A stretch of 64,000 bases of DNA from Acidobacteriota bacterium (GCA_965263035.1 OZ253580.1:32001-96000), one strand, 5' to 3'. Shown: positions 29,301 through 40,193, counted from the stretch's first letter. The notes: generated by a model from the sequence alone, not told the origin. Made by a program: numbers and translations.

Positions 29301-32300
29301 CCCCGTGGCACTGGTTCAACCGATCACGGATTGCCTTGAACCTGCTTTCTATTTCCACGAGCGCGCCGCCGCGATCAGTGATTCTCCCATTTGGCGGCAA
29401 GGTCTCCACCATGTCATCCCGCTCAGTATCCGTGAGTGCATTGAAGTAGTAGCAGATTTCAATCTCTTCCGTTAGTTCGACCCACACCTTCCACAACTCA
29501 TGGAGTTTATTGCGTTCCACGCCGTTTAATGTTTCAATACATGAATCTTCATCGGGGTCCCCAACGACTCCCATTTCATCACACGCAAATGCAGCACCTG
29601 CCAGATCACCTCGTGCGAGTCGTGCATCGAAAGCCGCCTTCAATGTACTTGCGTGGTCATCGAAATTGGTCAAGAGTCGTAGCAATTCAGGGTTCCGTGC
29701 TACAGCCCCGGACTCCATGTCATAGTCTAAATCAGTTACGAACAAAAGATCTTTCGAAAGCAATAGCGCGGGTGTGTTGACGTGACGGAACGTCTCGACA
29801 ATTTCCCCTTCAAATACGTTGATCAGTGCCTTAATAGACGCCCGGCCTCTCACAAGAGCCGCCGATAATGGTAGTGAAGTCTCCAGCGTGTTCCCGGCGG
29901 CATCTATGGCATCTAGCGCACCTGAGCCGTGCCGTGCAAGGTCTTGTGCAAGATCCTTTACCTTACTCTCGATGAAGCCGTCCGGATTCGGTATTGTCTT
30001 CATAAGCCGGAGCCACTCTTTGGCCAATCCGATTATGGGCTCTACACTTCTTCCCAGCTGAGTTAGGGCCCGAGCCTCGATGTTGCTGCCGGTATTTCGC
30101 CCCAAGTCATTTCGGTCGGTATTGTGGACCAGTTCCTTGAATCTGCGCTCCTCCTCAAGTTCTTTTAGAATTTCACGGACTCTTGGGGCCGCAGCCTTGT
30201 CTCCCTTGCAGCAGCGTCCTGCCAGTTCATTCAGTATCCCTCGTCCACGCTGCCAAAAACGCCAGACCCGCTGTGCTGGACCAAATAAAACTCTTCTTGC
30301 AGAGGCCTCCTCACGCCAAGTCTCCACTCGATTCACAAGATCCTCGAGACTGGCCGTCCATGCAGTCTCATCAAGCGCACTTTGTAGCTCGCGAACCCCG
30401 AAGTGTGCAGTCTGTAACGGTTGTGCCCCCCGAACGATGGCATCGACGAAATCGGATACACGAGAGAATCTAGTGGATACGTCGAACCGACGTAGCATCG
30501 AGAGAGCTCCGGTCGCCGGCGCAAACAGCGTTGGGAACAATGCCGCCGGCAACAACATCAGGTTCAAAGCGTCCTGTAGATCCTCATCGTTCCGTTTAAG
30601 AGAATTCTCACCGACAGCCGACAAACACTTCGCGAGAGGCTGCAGCAAGTTACCTTCGTAATTGTTCACGGAATCTCCCATAGCCGCTGCCGCGATGAGA
30701 TCGGACGGGGGAATATCTGCGCCGTCAGTTGCATCTTCCTGCGCCAACAATGCGATATGGTACGCGATCCCGAGTCGATCCTGTGCGATTGCGCGCCATA
30801 AAGCAGTTGAGAATGAAACATAGGAAGAACCAGCTTGCTCCATCTGTTCAAGACGGGCTGCCCGCGGGAGTTCTTTGTCTGTCTCGTGGGTGTGCCGTTG
30901 TCCTATAGGCAGGCACTTGGACGCTAGCGGTATTGATGGGTCCGCGGGTCCAGGTTCCGAGCCTGTTGCAACAACCTCATTATCGTTTCCCTGTTCGTCG
31001 CGATTCTGAGCAGCTTCCTGTGTTTTCCTGGCTGAGTGTGGTATGATTTCTTCTTCGTCGGTCTCGGATGGCTCGCTCTGGTCTTGTGGCGTGACGTCGG
31101 GCTCGTGAACTGTTGGCGATGCAACCTTGAGCACTTTCGCCATGGCTCGGTCCTGTTGCGTCATCGCCTTGTGAAGACTACTGAAGAGTTTTGCAGTTCG
31201 TTTAACCGCCTTGATTCGATGCGTACGGTCTTGTGAAATAGACGCTTGCGCCTGGTCAGCCTCACACTCACGCTCCAATCGGGTTACTTCATTGGTAGCT
31301 TCAAACCAGCCGCTAATTGTTTCCGGCAGTTCAAGCTTCACCCGTTTGATGTCTGACTGGAGTTGGTCAATGTCGGCGGATTCGTGGGGATATGCTCGCT
31401 TCCACAATTCATGGATCTTATGGGACTCATCAAGTTCCTGCGCCAAGCTTGGCACATCCGATGTGCGCTCCTTGATCGTTTGTGCAACATCGTAGAGTAG
31501 ATCTTCAGCGCTCGGAGTGAGAAAGGCCAAGACCGGTTTACGTAAACGTAGCACGTCGTCGACTTGATTTGATAGATTGTTGAATAATATCGTAGCCACT
31601 GCTACTGACGATACTTCAACCAGCTTCGATGCTGTATCCGCAAGTTCGGAACATGCATCACGGAAATCGTCTGCGATTCGTTCCTGACTGCGGAGCGATT
31701 CGACAGGTTCGTCGGTATCTTCATCCTGTTCAGGCGATTGATTCAGGGCAAAGCTGAACTCATTCGCAAAGACATCGATCTTATTGGTTGCCTCTATTAT
31801 CAACCGGGCATCATCGAGTATCGTAGCCACGGCGAAGGCCACCAGTACTACTTGTTCTTGTCTTTCCGAATCCAGCTTCGCCCAATTCAAAATGTCGTTG
31901 CGGACGACTGGAAGTACGGCCAGGGCCGGACACTGCCAGTCAATCGATTTCGCAGCTGTATCGAAGAGATCCTGGCAGTCCAAGAGCGCATCTTCATCGA
32001 TTTCAGCATCAAGCAGATCCTCGTCGTATTCGACAATCACGCATTGCTCTAGTGACGGGATAACGCCCGGTCGAGCCTCCTGATCCCATATGAATCGCCA
32101 TAGATTCCGACGGCTGTCCGGCAAGCTGTAGAAAGTCGTAAGATCAAGCCTCATGCGATCTGCCGTTCGAAGACGGCCGCGCGGTCTGTGGCCTGATCTC
32201 CTGAGGTCACGTTTGATGTCTTGTTGGTTGGAGATACGCTGTCTATCGGCTCGGGTCCTGATTCCCAAAACCTTGCACAGTCGATCAAAACCTTCTTGAC

Positions 32301-32355
32301 TAGACGCCAAGCAGGCGGGTAGGCCCTTCGGCACTGGAAATTCCGATTTTGTCAT
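26374..32355 (-). CDS. very large STAND/AAA-like ATPase (1993 aa)
   Basis: Walker A YGGRQLGKT, Walker B LLLLDEAD, long helical N-terminal region; visibly lower GC than the flanking host genes. Confidence 0.8.
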   Translation of the reverse strand: MTKSEFPVPKGLPACLASSQEGFDRLCKVLGIRTRADRQRISNQQDIKRDLRRSGHRPRGRLRTADRMRLDLTTFYSLPDSRRNLWRFIWDQEARPGVIPSLEQCVIVEYDEDLLDAEIDEDALLDCQDLFDTAAKSIDWQCPALAVLPVVRNDILNWAKLDSERQEQVVLVAFAVATILDDARLIIEATNKIDVFANEFSFALNQSPEQDEDTDEPVESLRSQERIADDFRDACSELADTASKLVEVSSVAVATILFNNLSNQVDDVLRLRKPVLAFLTPSAEDLLYDVAQTIKERTSDVPSLAQELDESHKIHELWKRAYPHESADIDQLQSDIKRVKLELPETISGWFEATNEVTRLERECEADQAQASISQDRTHRIKAVKRTAKLFSSLHKAMTQQDRAMAKVLKVASPTVHEPDVTPQDQSEPSETDEEEIIPHSARKTQEAAQNRDEQGNDNEVVATGSEPGPADPSIPLASKCLPIGQRHTHETDKELPRAARLEQMEQAGSSYVSFSTALWRAIAQDRLGIAYHIALLAQEDATDGADIPPSDLIAAAAMGDSVNNYEGNLLQPLAKCLSAVGENSLKRNDEDLQDALNLMLLPAALFPTLFAPATGALSMLRRFDVSTRFSRVSDFVDAIVRGAQPLQTAHFGVRELQSALDETAWTASLEDLVNRVETWREEASARRVLFGPAQRVWRFWQRGRGILNELAGRCCKGDKAAAPRVREILKELEEERRFKELVHNTDRNDLGRNTGSNIEARALTQLGRSVEPIIGLAKEWLRLMKTIPNPDGFIESKVKDLAQDLARHGSGALDAIDAAGNTLETSLPLSAALVRGRASIKALINVFEGEIVETFRHVNTPALLLSKDLLFVTDLDYDMESGAVARNPELLRLLTNFDDHASTLKAAFDARLARGDLAGAAFACDEMGVVGDPDEDSCIETLNGVERNKLHELWKVWVELTEEIEICYYFNALTDTERDDMVETLPPNGRITDRGGALVEIESRFKAIRDRLNQCHGEIKRKYEDDLEEMDRNLSQAELERVREAIESRDWRTVAEQVGRLRDGEPIAAIGHEPDHFNSFMTATGRIEKLFAGPERPGPDDIVRAAESRTDIAGISFSSMSEDEAQQAEEILATWYEIALCGRVHNESIVKLLKMLGFDVKDVEEKPDGSLLVTTKPLRQRTLCPLHIYGSSANGKYRFVLNWRTPARDSIIQSVGDARSHPTIVLHFGRLGEDRELLRKWATRESQRHMLIVDETLVLYLSVIPSGRLPTLFRCAAPFTAAEPFVTTSSLVPPEMFFGRSRELEKVKDRYGSCFVYGGRQLGKTALLRSAEAEFHNPSARKVAKWIDLKSRGIGEDKQPEDIWRLLWRELSDDLFPEGTTAPRSNSSVIEKFMQAVKNWINEDNERQLLLLLDEADNFLKLDARNDFPESTRLKGLMDDTERKFKVVFSGLHNVLRTTERANHPLIHLGNPVCVGPLLSNGEWQEARQLISDPLAVIGCRFERENIVTHILARTNYFPSLIQLYGAKLVEYLRDSNKGFPYKITVDDVYTVFRKDDLRQNILDRFLATLKLDPRYEVIAYAIAHETARELEGHGANLAKALNRSEIMQEARGWWDAGFSSTAAEFGALLDEMVGLGVLRAVQKSQWDEKRYTLRNPNVRALLGSKNVIADTLLREDRELPAIYEPALFHGRYYGDHSSRRRGPLTSEQEGRLKRRGGVTVVSGVDATKVEHISIFLKGRFDPEMYRKLPPHADAQQFKREITKLRPDPKRGTHIYLVPLDTPWSCRWLKLTLDAWRRMTNRRYIRVVFVAKPHTLWRTLIDIDEGCRGIDNVEWAELGPWHRTFVRQWSADHNLQDNKEMEELLKVSGGWSAVVEKYKLSILSRPARMDALKNMVNDNREEWLKRLGIDSKQVEREVQTLVDYNVQSISQANTLAQELAEDAGPSENVFEKTTLKRRFTWMKHLHLLERRDDGHWSYNSLLKRLLKERNSK

Positions 32356-32743
32356 CTTGCCCTCTCACGTCGGTTGGGGTACGGGGGCGAAAACTCGCTG
32401 ATGAGAGCGTTTCCTGTCATTCTCAGTCAACACCAGCCAGTACGCGACGCCCGATTACGGCTACACCCATCGTGCGTCCGGCAGTTCACTGGCCCATTCC
32501 GATGTGCGAGTGAACTGCACATCTTGCAACCCCCGCGCCACCAAGTGACTTAAAGTCAGGTTACCATGAGTACACGTAGATCAAATATAGCTGAGCGGGA
32601 AACTACAATCGACACTGATAGACGCATCGACAGCCTAACGAGAGTTGGTCGCCGCGGGGATTGCAGTGTTGGGTGAAATCCCCCCGGTTGTCCAAACGCG
32701 ACAATGCGATTGGGTTCCGATCACTGGAGAAACGAGGGCTCTT

Positions 32744-33605
32744 TCAGTCCATGAGCCGCACCAGAGCATCGAACTCGATTTCGCCCGAGGCGGCAGCCTG
32801 CGAAATCAGGCATTTGGCCGCGGACTGCCAAGACAAACTCAGACGGTCTGAAAGCAGACTACGGAATCCCCGGACGGGCAGACGAATCAGCCGCCGTTCA
32901 ACATTCAATCGGCGGTCGATCCGGTCCCACTGGTAGCCGAGCCCCGTCCCCCGCAGCGTCGACGTTCGTATCCTTTCCTGCTCCAGCTTGAAGAAACCAG
33001 GGTGGACTGCCCGCTCCGTCTCGCTGCTGGCGGGAAAGAACTGGCGGCTGTTGGAATCTACGCCCCGAATGGTCTGCAGCCGGCCCGCCAGGCCGGCCGA
33101 CTGGAGCAGAGCGATGCCCGGGTTCGTCAAATCCTGAACTGCGAATGGAGCGCCGGCGGCACCGGCCCGGGGGGCCAGCACAAGCTCGGTCGACTGGCAC
33201 TTGCAGGTCTTCAGGGCCAAGCCGCTGTAGCCCAATTCCAGCGCCAGTTCCAGATCCTCCAGAGAACTCAGGGCATCGTCCAAGATGACCGGCTTGACTT
33301 CCCGCAATTCTGCCATGTCCAGCATTCGTTTTCGCAGGTCCCGTTCGCACGTTTGTTCCACGTAGAGTAACGAGTCGAACGCCGCCCGATTTTCCTCCCG
33401 CAACCGGACCAGCAGCTCCACCATGTACTGGGGCGTGTCGCACATCTCGTTGGTATCCGCCGTGAGCCACAGTTCATCGATGCCTAGGCGGCGTTGCTCT
33501 GCATGGGCCAACCGGTAGACTTCCAGCAGCCGAGCCAGATCCCACTCCAGGTCGGTCCCCACCAACTTGACCTTCAGGCAACCGAGCGCCTCGTACCGAA
33601 TCCAT
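32744..33605 (-). pseudogene. degraded duplicate of the enolase-superfamily 3' half fused to an aldolase 3' end
   Basis: Highly similar to 41833-42545; ends EFDALVRLMD, like the aldolase. Confidence 0.8.
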
Positions 33606-34184
33606 CAGTTGCCGGATTCCGGAATTCAAGGTAGAATTTTTCCAGTTTATTGCCGTTGCAGAACCTATTCTGTTCACGCGAGCCATAGCGGGCAGACTCT
33701 GGAAGGTGTTTTCAGGTGAGCCCCTGTCGACGAGACGCTTCCCACCCCACCTTGCGCAATATCGCGGCCACACTGGGCCTCATATTGCTCACTGGTAGTG
33801 CTCTTCCAGGAGTCCGGTCCATCACCGAACAGACCGAGTTCTTCGAGTCCAAAGTCAGGCCCCTTCTGGCACGAAATTGCTACCAGTGCCACAGCGAACA
33901 GGCCAAGATCCTGTATTCCAACTTGCGGGTGGACGACCGAGCCGCCTTGCTGAATGGAGGCAACCGGGGCCCTGCGATCGTCCCCGGCGCCCCGAGCTCA
34001 AGCCAGCTGATTCAGGCAGTCCGTTACGAGAACCTTGAAATGCCTCCGGCCGGAAGGTTATCGGAGGATCAGATCGAGGCGCTGGTCAAATGGGTCGAGA
34101 TGGGTGCACCCTGGCCGGATCTGGAGGTGGCCGGTGGCGTCAAGACCTCCAAAGGGCAAGGCACCCTGGCCGCCAGTCCTAGCC

Positions 34185-36649
34185 CTGCCCTATACCCACA
34201 AATAGTGCTGGACAAACAAGAATGCCTGTCGTAGTCTTCACGACATGGTAGTTCAGAACCAGATCAAGCGCACCTTGAGCCGAGAGTTGGATCGTTTGCA
34301 CGCCGTGATGAGGCGGGAGAAGTTCGCCCACCGGACGGCGCTGGCGGACCGGGTCTGCTCGGAGTTTGGATTTCACGATGCCCGAGGGCGGGCGCAACGG
34401 AGCGGCTGCCTGAAGGCGCTCCGGGAGCTGGAGGCGGGCGGACGGATTCGTCTGCCGACGCCGCGACGGCGGGTGAACCATTGCGGGCCCCGAGGACTGG
34501 GCCGTGCGGTGCCGGAGCCGGTCGGGGTGCCCGAGACGGTGGACGGCGTGCGGGAGCTGGAGTTGATTCTGGTGGAGACGGGTCCGCAACGAGCGCTCTG
34601 GAACGAGTTGATGGCGCGAGAGCATCCACGGGGCGCGGGGCCGTTGGTGGGTGCTCAACTACGCTATCTGGTGGGCTCGGCCCACGGCTGGCTGGGGGGC
34701 TTGGGGTTCGGGGCGGCGGCGTTGCGGTTGCGGGACCGGGACCGCTGGATCGGATGGGATGAGGAACAACGCCGGGCGCACCTGCACCGGGTGGTGGGGC
34801 TGAGCCGGTTTCTGATCCGTCCGTCAGTGAGGTGTCGTAATCTGGCCTCCCGGGTGCTGGGGGAGGTGTTGCGGCGGCTGGGTCCGGAGTTCCAGGCGCG
34901 CTACGGCTACCGTCCCTGGCTGGTGGAGACCTTCGTGGAGACGGCTCGCCACGATGGGGCCAGTTTGCGCGCCACGAACTGGAGGGTTCTGGGGCAGACG
35001 CAGGGTCGAGGCCGGCAAGATCGGGCGCACCGGGGTGCGGAGACGAGCAAGGCGATCTATGGGTATGAGTTGTGCCGGGATTGGCGTCGGCGGTTGGGGG
35101 TGGGACCGGCGCCGAGGCGGGGAGTGGAACCGATGTCGGAGGGCGAGGGACTGGAGGGAGAGGGCTGGGCTCAGCAGGAGTTGGGCGGGGCGCCGCTGGG
35201 AGACCGGCGCTTGAGTCGGCGACTGGTGGAGAGTGCGCACCGTCAGGCGCAGGAGCCGGGGCGGGCGTTCACGGGAGTGGCGCGGGGCGATCCGGCGGCG
35301 GTCAAGGGATACTACCGGCTGATCGACCAGCCGGAAGCCTCGGCGGTGACGGTGTCCAACATCCTGGCCCCGCACCGGGAGCGGACCCGGCAGCGGATGC
35401 AGGGGCAGCGGACGGTGCTGTGCATCCAGGACGGGAGCGATCTGAACTTCACGCGGCACGGCCGGTGTGAGGGACTGGGGGTGATCGGGCGCAACCAGAC
35501 GGGAGCGACGGCGCGGGGACTGCATCTGCACGCGACGCTGGTGGTGAGTGAGACGGGGCTGCCGCTGGGGGTGTTGCGGGCGAAGCTGGACGCGCCGAAG
35601 CCGGGACCGGTGGCCACGCGGAAAAAGAAGAAGACGTATCGCTGGATCGAGGGACTTCGGGACTGCGCCGAGGTGTCGCGGTCCCTCGACGGGGTGCGGG
35701 TGGTCAGCGTGGTGGACCGGGAGGCGGATTTTTTCGCACTGTTCGCCGAGCAACGAGCGTCTCCGGAGGTGGAGTTGCTGGTGCGTGCGAAGCAGGATCG
35801 GGTGCTGAAGAGGAAGACCCCGGCGAAGGCGGCCGGGAAAAGCGCGGATCCGGACCCGGAGCAGAAGCGGAAGCTGTTCGGGCGCCTGCGATCGGCGCCG
35901 GTGCGGGCCCGGATGCTGCTGGAGGTGAAGCGTCAGAGTGCGCGGATCAAGGCCAGCAAGCAGGCGGCCCGCCCGGGGCGGCTGGCGCGGGTGGCACGGA
36001 TGGAACTGCGCTACGAGACCCTGACGATTCCGGCGCCGCGCGGGAACCCAAGCGGCATCCCGTCGCTGAGACTGTCGGTGGTGCACGCGCGGGAGGTCGC
36101 GCCGCCGGCGCAGGGGAAGCGCCTGGAATGGTTCCTGCTCACCACCCTGCCGGTGACCGATGCCGAGACGGCGCAGCAACTGCTGAGATGGTATGCCCTG
36201 CGCTGGCGGGTGGAGGATTATTTCCGGGTGCTCAAGACCGGATGCCGGGTGCAACAGCTCCAGCACCAAACCGCCGAACGTCTGAAACGGGCCATCGCCA
36301 TGCACGCCGTCATCGCCTGGCGGATCATGCTGATGACGCTGCTGGGGCGAGAGGACCCGGACCTGCCGGCGCAATTGTTGTTCTCGGATCTGGAAATCCG
36401 GGTCCTGGGGGCGTTTGCCGCGTCGCGACGATACCCACCGCCGGAAGACCTGGGGGCGGCCGTGCTCGTGCTGGCCCGCCTGGGAGGATATCTGGCTCGT
36501 AAACACGACCCCCCACCCGGGCATCAACTGATGTGGCAGGGCTACGTCACGCTCTACGGCATGTGTCTGGGCTTCGCTTTACGAGAAGAAACATGAATGA
36601 AACCGGACCCAGGCTAATGTGCCCTGTGCAATATGTGGGTAAAGGGCAG
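34185..36649 (+). mobile_element. IS4-family element, 2465 bp
   Basis: TIRs CTGCCCTATACCCACA / TGTGGGTAAAGGGCAG; 8-bp TSD TCCTAGCC at 34177-34184 and 36650-36657. Confidence 0.9.
34245..36596 (+). CDS. IS4 (Tn5-like) transposase fused to an N-terminal DUF4338-like domain
   Basis: N-terminal GAQLRYL, RFLIRP, NLASRVL, LVETFV; C-terminal LGDRRL, IQDGSDL, DREAD, YALRWRVEDYFRVLK (YREK). Confidence 0.88.
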   Translation: MVVQNQIKRTLSRELDRLHAVMRREKFAHRTALADRVCSEFGFHDARGRAQRSGCLKALRELEAGGRIRLPTPRRRVNHCGPRGLGRAVPEPVGVPETVDGVRELELILVETGPQRALWNELMAREHPRGAGPLVGAQLRYLVGSAHGWLGGLGFGAAALRLRDRDRWIGWDEEQRRAHLHRVVGLSRFLIRPSVRCRNLASRVLGEVLRRLGPEFQARYGYRPWLVETFVETARHDGASLRATNWRVLGQTQGRGRQDRAHRGAETSKAIYGYELCRDWRRRLGVGPAPRRGVEPMSEGEGLEGEGWAQQELGGAPLGDRRLSRRLVESAHRQAQEPGRAFTGVARGDPAAVKGYYRLIDQPEASAVTVSNILAPHRERTRQRMQGQRTVLCIQDGSDLNFTRHGRCEGLGVIGRNQTGATARGLHLHATLVVSETGLPLGVLRAKLDAPKPGPVATRKKKKTYRWIEGLRDCAEVSRSLDGVRVVSVVDREADFFALFAEQRASPEVELLVRAKQDRVLKRKTPAKAAGKSADPDPEQKRKLFGRLRSAPVRARMLLEVKRQSARIKASKQAARPGRLARVARMELRYETLTIPAPRGNPSGIPSLRLSVVHAREVAPPAQGKRLEWFLLTTLPVTDAETAQQLLRWYALRWRVEDYFRVLKTGCRVQQLQHQTAERLKRAIAMHAVIAWRIMLMTLLGREDPDLPAQLLFSDLEIRVLGAFAASRRYPPPEDLGAAVLVLARLGGYLARKHDPPPGHQLMWQGYVTLYGMCLGFALREET

Positions 36650-38765
36650 TCCTAGCCACTGGGCCTGGAAGCCGGTGAAAAAGGGCTCCCCGCCTCCGGT
36701 CCGGGACAATACCTGGCCCGCCCATCCCATAGACAACTTCATTCTGACGAGGCTGGAGGCCGAGGGTCTGAACCCGTCCTCCGAGGCTGACCGTTACACG
36801 CTGTTGCGACGGATTTACTTCGATCTCACCGGTCTTCCCCCGGAGCCCGAAGACATCGAGTCGTTTGTCGGAGACGATTCCGAACTCGCCTTCGAGAAGG
36901 TCGTTGAGCGGATTCTGAGATCTCCAGGATTCGGCGAGCGCTGGGGACGGCACTGGCTCGATTTGACGAGCTATGCCGACAGTCTGGGCCAGGGTCGCCG
37001 CATTCCGGCAAGGGAGGCCTGGAGATATCGCGACTACGTCATCAATGCGTTCAATTCCGACAAGCCCTACGACCGCTTTGTTCAGGAGCAGGTCTCGGGA
37101 GACGTCCTGCCCTGGAAAACCGACGACCAGCGTCGTGAGCAGATCGTGGCCACAGGCTTCCTGGCGATCGGGCCCTGGGCGGTCGTGGATGCCGACAAAG
37201 AGAAGCTCCGCATGGATGTCGTGGATCACCAGCTCGATACCCTGGGCCGGGCCCTTCAGGGACTGACTCTCGGTTGCGCGCGCTGCCACGACCACAAGTT
37301 CGATCCCATCCCCACCCGCGATTACTATGCATTGGCGGGAATATTCCGAAGCACTCGAACGCTCAACGGCCGCATGAGCGGCGGCTTCAGCGACGTCAAC
37401 CGGGTGTTGCTGCCGGAGACCCCATCCGAACTGAGGAAGCGTGCCCTGGCCACGGAGGACTATCAGGAGGCCCTGCACAAGGCCCTGAGTGAGTATGAAG
37501 CCGTCGAATCTGAAAAGAAGCGCTTGACCGACCAGCAGAAGGCGCTCGAAGAGGCCGGAACCGAATCCAAGGAGGATCTCGAGAAGGAAATCAAGGAAAT
37601 CGAGAAGAAGGTCAAGAAAGCGAAGGACCGGATCAGACTGCGGGAGTTCCGCAGACCGGGTCCGGCAATGGCGATCGCCGTCCAGGATCGGGCGGTCCCC
37701 GAAGACTGTCGCGTCAACATCAGCGGGGACCCGCACAATCTCGGTGAAGAAGTTCCGAGGGGATTTCCTTCAGTGGCTTCGCCCTCGCCGGCTGGTCGAA
37801 TCGACAGCCATCGAAATCTGAAAGGGCTGTATGAGGGTTTCCAGAAATCAAGCGGCCGACTGGAGCTGGCCGAGTGGCTCATCGACCCGCAGAATCGCCT
37901 GTTGGCCAGAGTCATGGTCAACCGGATCTGGCATCATCTCTTCGGCGCCGGCCTGGTCCGTACGGTCGACAATTTTGGTGCGGGAGGAGAGCCTCCCAGC
38001 CATCCGGAACTGCTCGACCACCTCGCCTCCCGTTTTGTCGAACTGGGATGGTCCGTCAAGGGGATGATCCGGGAGATCGCTCTCACGCGAACCTACCGCC
38101 AGGCCAGCCGTCACAAGCTGAAAGGGCACGAGGTCGACCCGGACAACCGCCTGCTGTGGCGGACCAATCGCCGCCGCCTGGAGGCGGAATCTTTTCGCGA
38201 TTCCGTGCTGGCCATCAGTGGAGCCCTGGACCGCACCCGGGGAGGCCCCACCCTGCCCCTGGACATCCCCGAGAGCATCGAGTTGGGTTTTCCCACGGCT
38301 CTGAGGCAGGATGCCAAAGTGAACGAACAATTCCTGTATCGGCGAACGGTTTACCTGCCGTCCGTGCGCAAGAATCAGCTCCCGCAGCTCGACATGCTGA
38401 ACCTTTTCGATTTCCCCGATACCGATCAGACGATCGGAGCCCGGTCGGTCACCACTGTCCCCACGCAGAGCCTCTATCTGATGAATTCTTCTTTTCTGCG
38501 CGAGCAGTCTCTGCTGACGGCCCGCACCCTCTTGGAGACCGGGGAGCTGGACGACAAAAGGCGTATCTCTGATTTTCACCTGCAAGCCTTGAACCGGACC
38601 GCCACGAAGCAGGAAGTGAACCGGGCGCTGGATTTCATCGCGAGTTTCGAAGGGAAGCTGGGCCGTTTGTCCGAGGCGTCTGAAAATCCGCGCCTGACAG
38701 CCTGGGCGCGCTACTGTCATTCCGTGTTTGCGTCAAACGAATTCCTTTTCCGAGGATAGTTCCCT

Positions 38766-40193
38766 ATGACCCTCCCGCCTCACCGAGACGTGACGCGCCG
38801 CCGTTTCTTGCGATCCTCCGCTTGCGGCTTCGGTTCCGTGGCGCTGGCCGCCATGTGCACCGAGCAGGCTGCGGTCGCCGCCGGACCCCTGGCGCCGAAG
38901 GTTCCGCATATTCCTCCCCGCGTTAAGCGCGTGATTTTCATGTGGATGGCGGGCGGCCCATCCCAGATCGACATGTTCGACTACAAGCCACGGCTGGCGA
39001 AAGAGAGTGGAGAGGCCATTCCCTACGAGATTCCCGATGGGGTTGGAATGGATTTGAGCCGCCTGTTGGGACCGATCTCTCCGATGCGGCCCCAGGGACA
39101 ATCCGGGTTGATGATGACCGATTGGCTGCCCCACCTGGGGAAGCACGCCGATGAGCTGTGTCTGCTCCGTGCCATGCAGGCGGACAGCGAAGCCCATGCT
39201 CCTGCGGCCAGGCAACTCCACACCGGTGACCCCCGCCTGATTCGTCCGTCAATGGGATCTTGGGTCGGGTACGGGCTGGGAACCGAGAACCAGAACCTGC
39301 CCGGCTTCGTCACCATCTGCCCACTTATTTTTCATGACACGGGCAGCGTCCAGTTTTTCGGGAATTCGTTCCTCCCCGCCATCTACCAGGGAACGGCACT
39401 GGGAAGTCGGTCCACTGGTGCTGAGAAAGCCGTGTTTCACTATCTCGAGGATCCGAGCCTGCCGGCCGAGCTGCAGCGCGATCAGGTGGATTTCATTCAG
39501 CAGATGAATCGAGCACATCTGAGTCAAGTTCGAGCCGACCGCCAGATGGAGGGACTCATCCAATCCTTTGAGCTGGCGTTTCGGATGCAGTCGGAGGCTC
39601 CGGACCTCATCGACCTGTCTTCCGAGTCAAAGGCCACGCTCGATCTCTATGGCATCGGCGAGAAAGAGACCGACGAGTTCGGACGCCAGTGCCTGCTGGC
39701 CCGCCGCTTTGCTGAAGCCGGCGTCCGCTTCATCCAGGTCACCTCAAGTGGCTGGGACCATCACGAAGCGATTGGTAAGGGTCTTCCCAAGAAATGCGTC
39801 TCCATAGACAAGCCGACAGCCGGCCTGATCACGGACCTCAAAGCCAGGGGACTGTTCGACGACACGCTCCTGGTCTGGTCGGGTGAGTTTGGGCGAACCC
39901 CCCACTTCGAGGATTTTTCCTTCGGAGACAAATCCCAATACGGCCGGGGCCACAACCCCGAAGGCTTCTGTGCCTGGATGGCCGGAGGTGGTGTGCGTGG
40001 AGGCATGGTCCACGGCGTCACCGACGAGTACGGCCTCCGGGCCGTCGACCAGAAGGTGCATATCCATGACTTGCACGCCACCATGCTCCATCTGTTGGGC
40101 CTCGACCATGAGAAGTTGACCTATCGCTACAGCGGTCGCGACTTCCGCCTCACGGACGTCTACGGGCGGGTGGTGAAAGAAATCCTGGCTTGA
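38766..40193 (+). CDS. DUF1501 family protein (Tat signal)
   Basis: TRRRFL, GGPSQIDMFDYKP, GWDHH, GEFGRTP, HIHDLHAT. Confidence 0.9.
   Translation: MTLPPHRDVTRRRFLRSSACGFGSVALAAMCTEQAAVAAGPLAPKVPHIPPRVKRVIFMWMAGGPSQIDMFDYKPRLAKESGEAIPYEIPDGVGMDLSRLLGPISPMRPQGQSGLMMTDWLPHLGKHADELCLLRAMQADSEAHAPAARQLHTGDPRLIRPSMGSWVGYGLGTENQNLPGFVTICPLIFHDTGSVQFFGNSFLPAIYQGTALGSRSTGAEKAVFHYLEDPSLPAELQRDQVDFIQQMNRAHLSQVRADRQMEGLIQSFELAFRMQSEAPDLIDLSSESKATLDLYGIGEKETDEFGRQCLLARRFAEAGVRFIQVTSSGWDHHEAIGKGLPKKCVSIDKPTAGLITDLKARGLFDDTLLVWSGEFGRTPHFEDFSFGDKSQYGRGHNPEGFCAWMAGGGVRGGMVHGVTDEYGLRAVDQKVHIHDLHATMLHLLGLDHEKLTYRYSGRDFRLTDVYGRVVKEILA

Larger units (their letters stand above)
33716..38759 (+). pseudogene. planctomycete cytochrome c / DUF1549-DUF1553 protein split by an IS4 element
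   Basis: CYQCH in the 5' piece; CARCHDHKFD and RRRLEAE in the 3' piece; frame restored across TSD TCCTAGCC (AASPS|HWAW). Confidence 0.88.
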
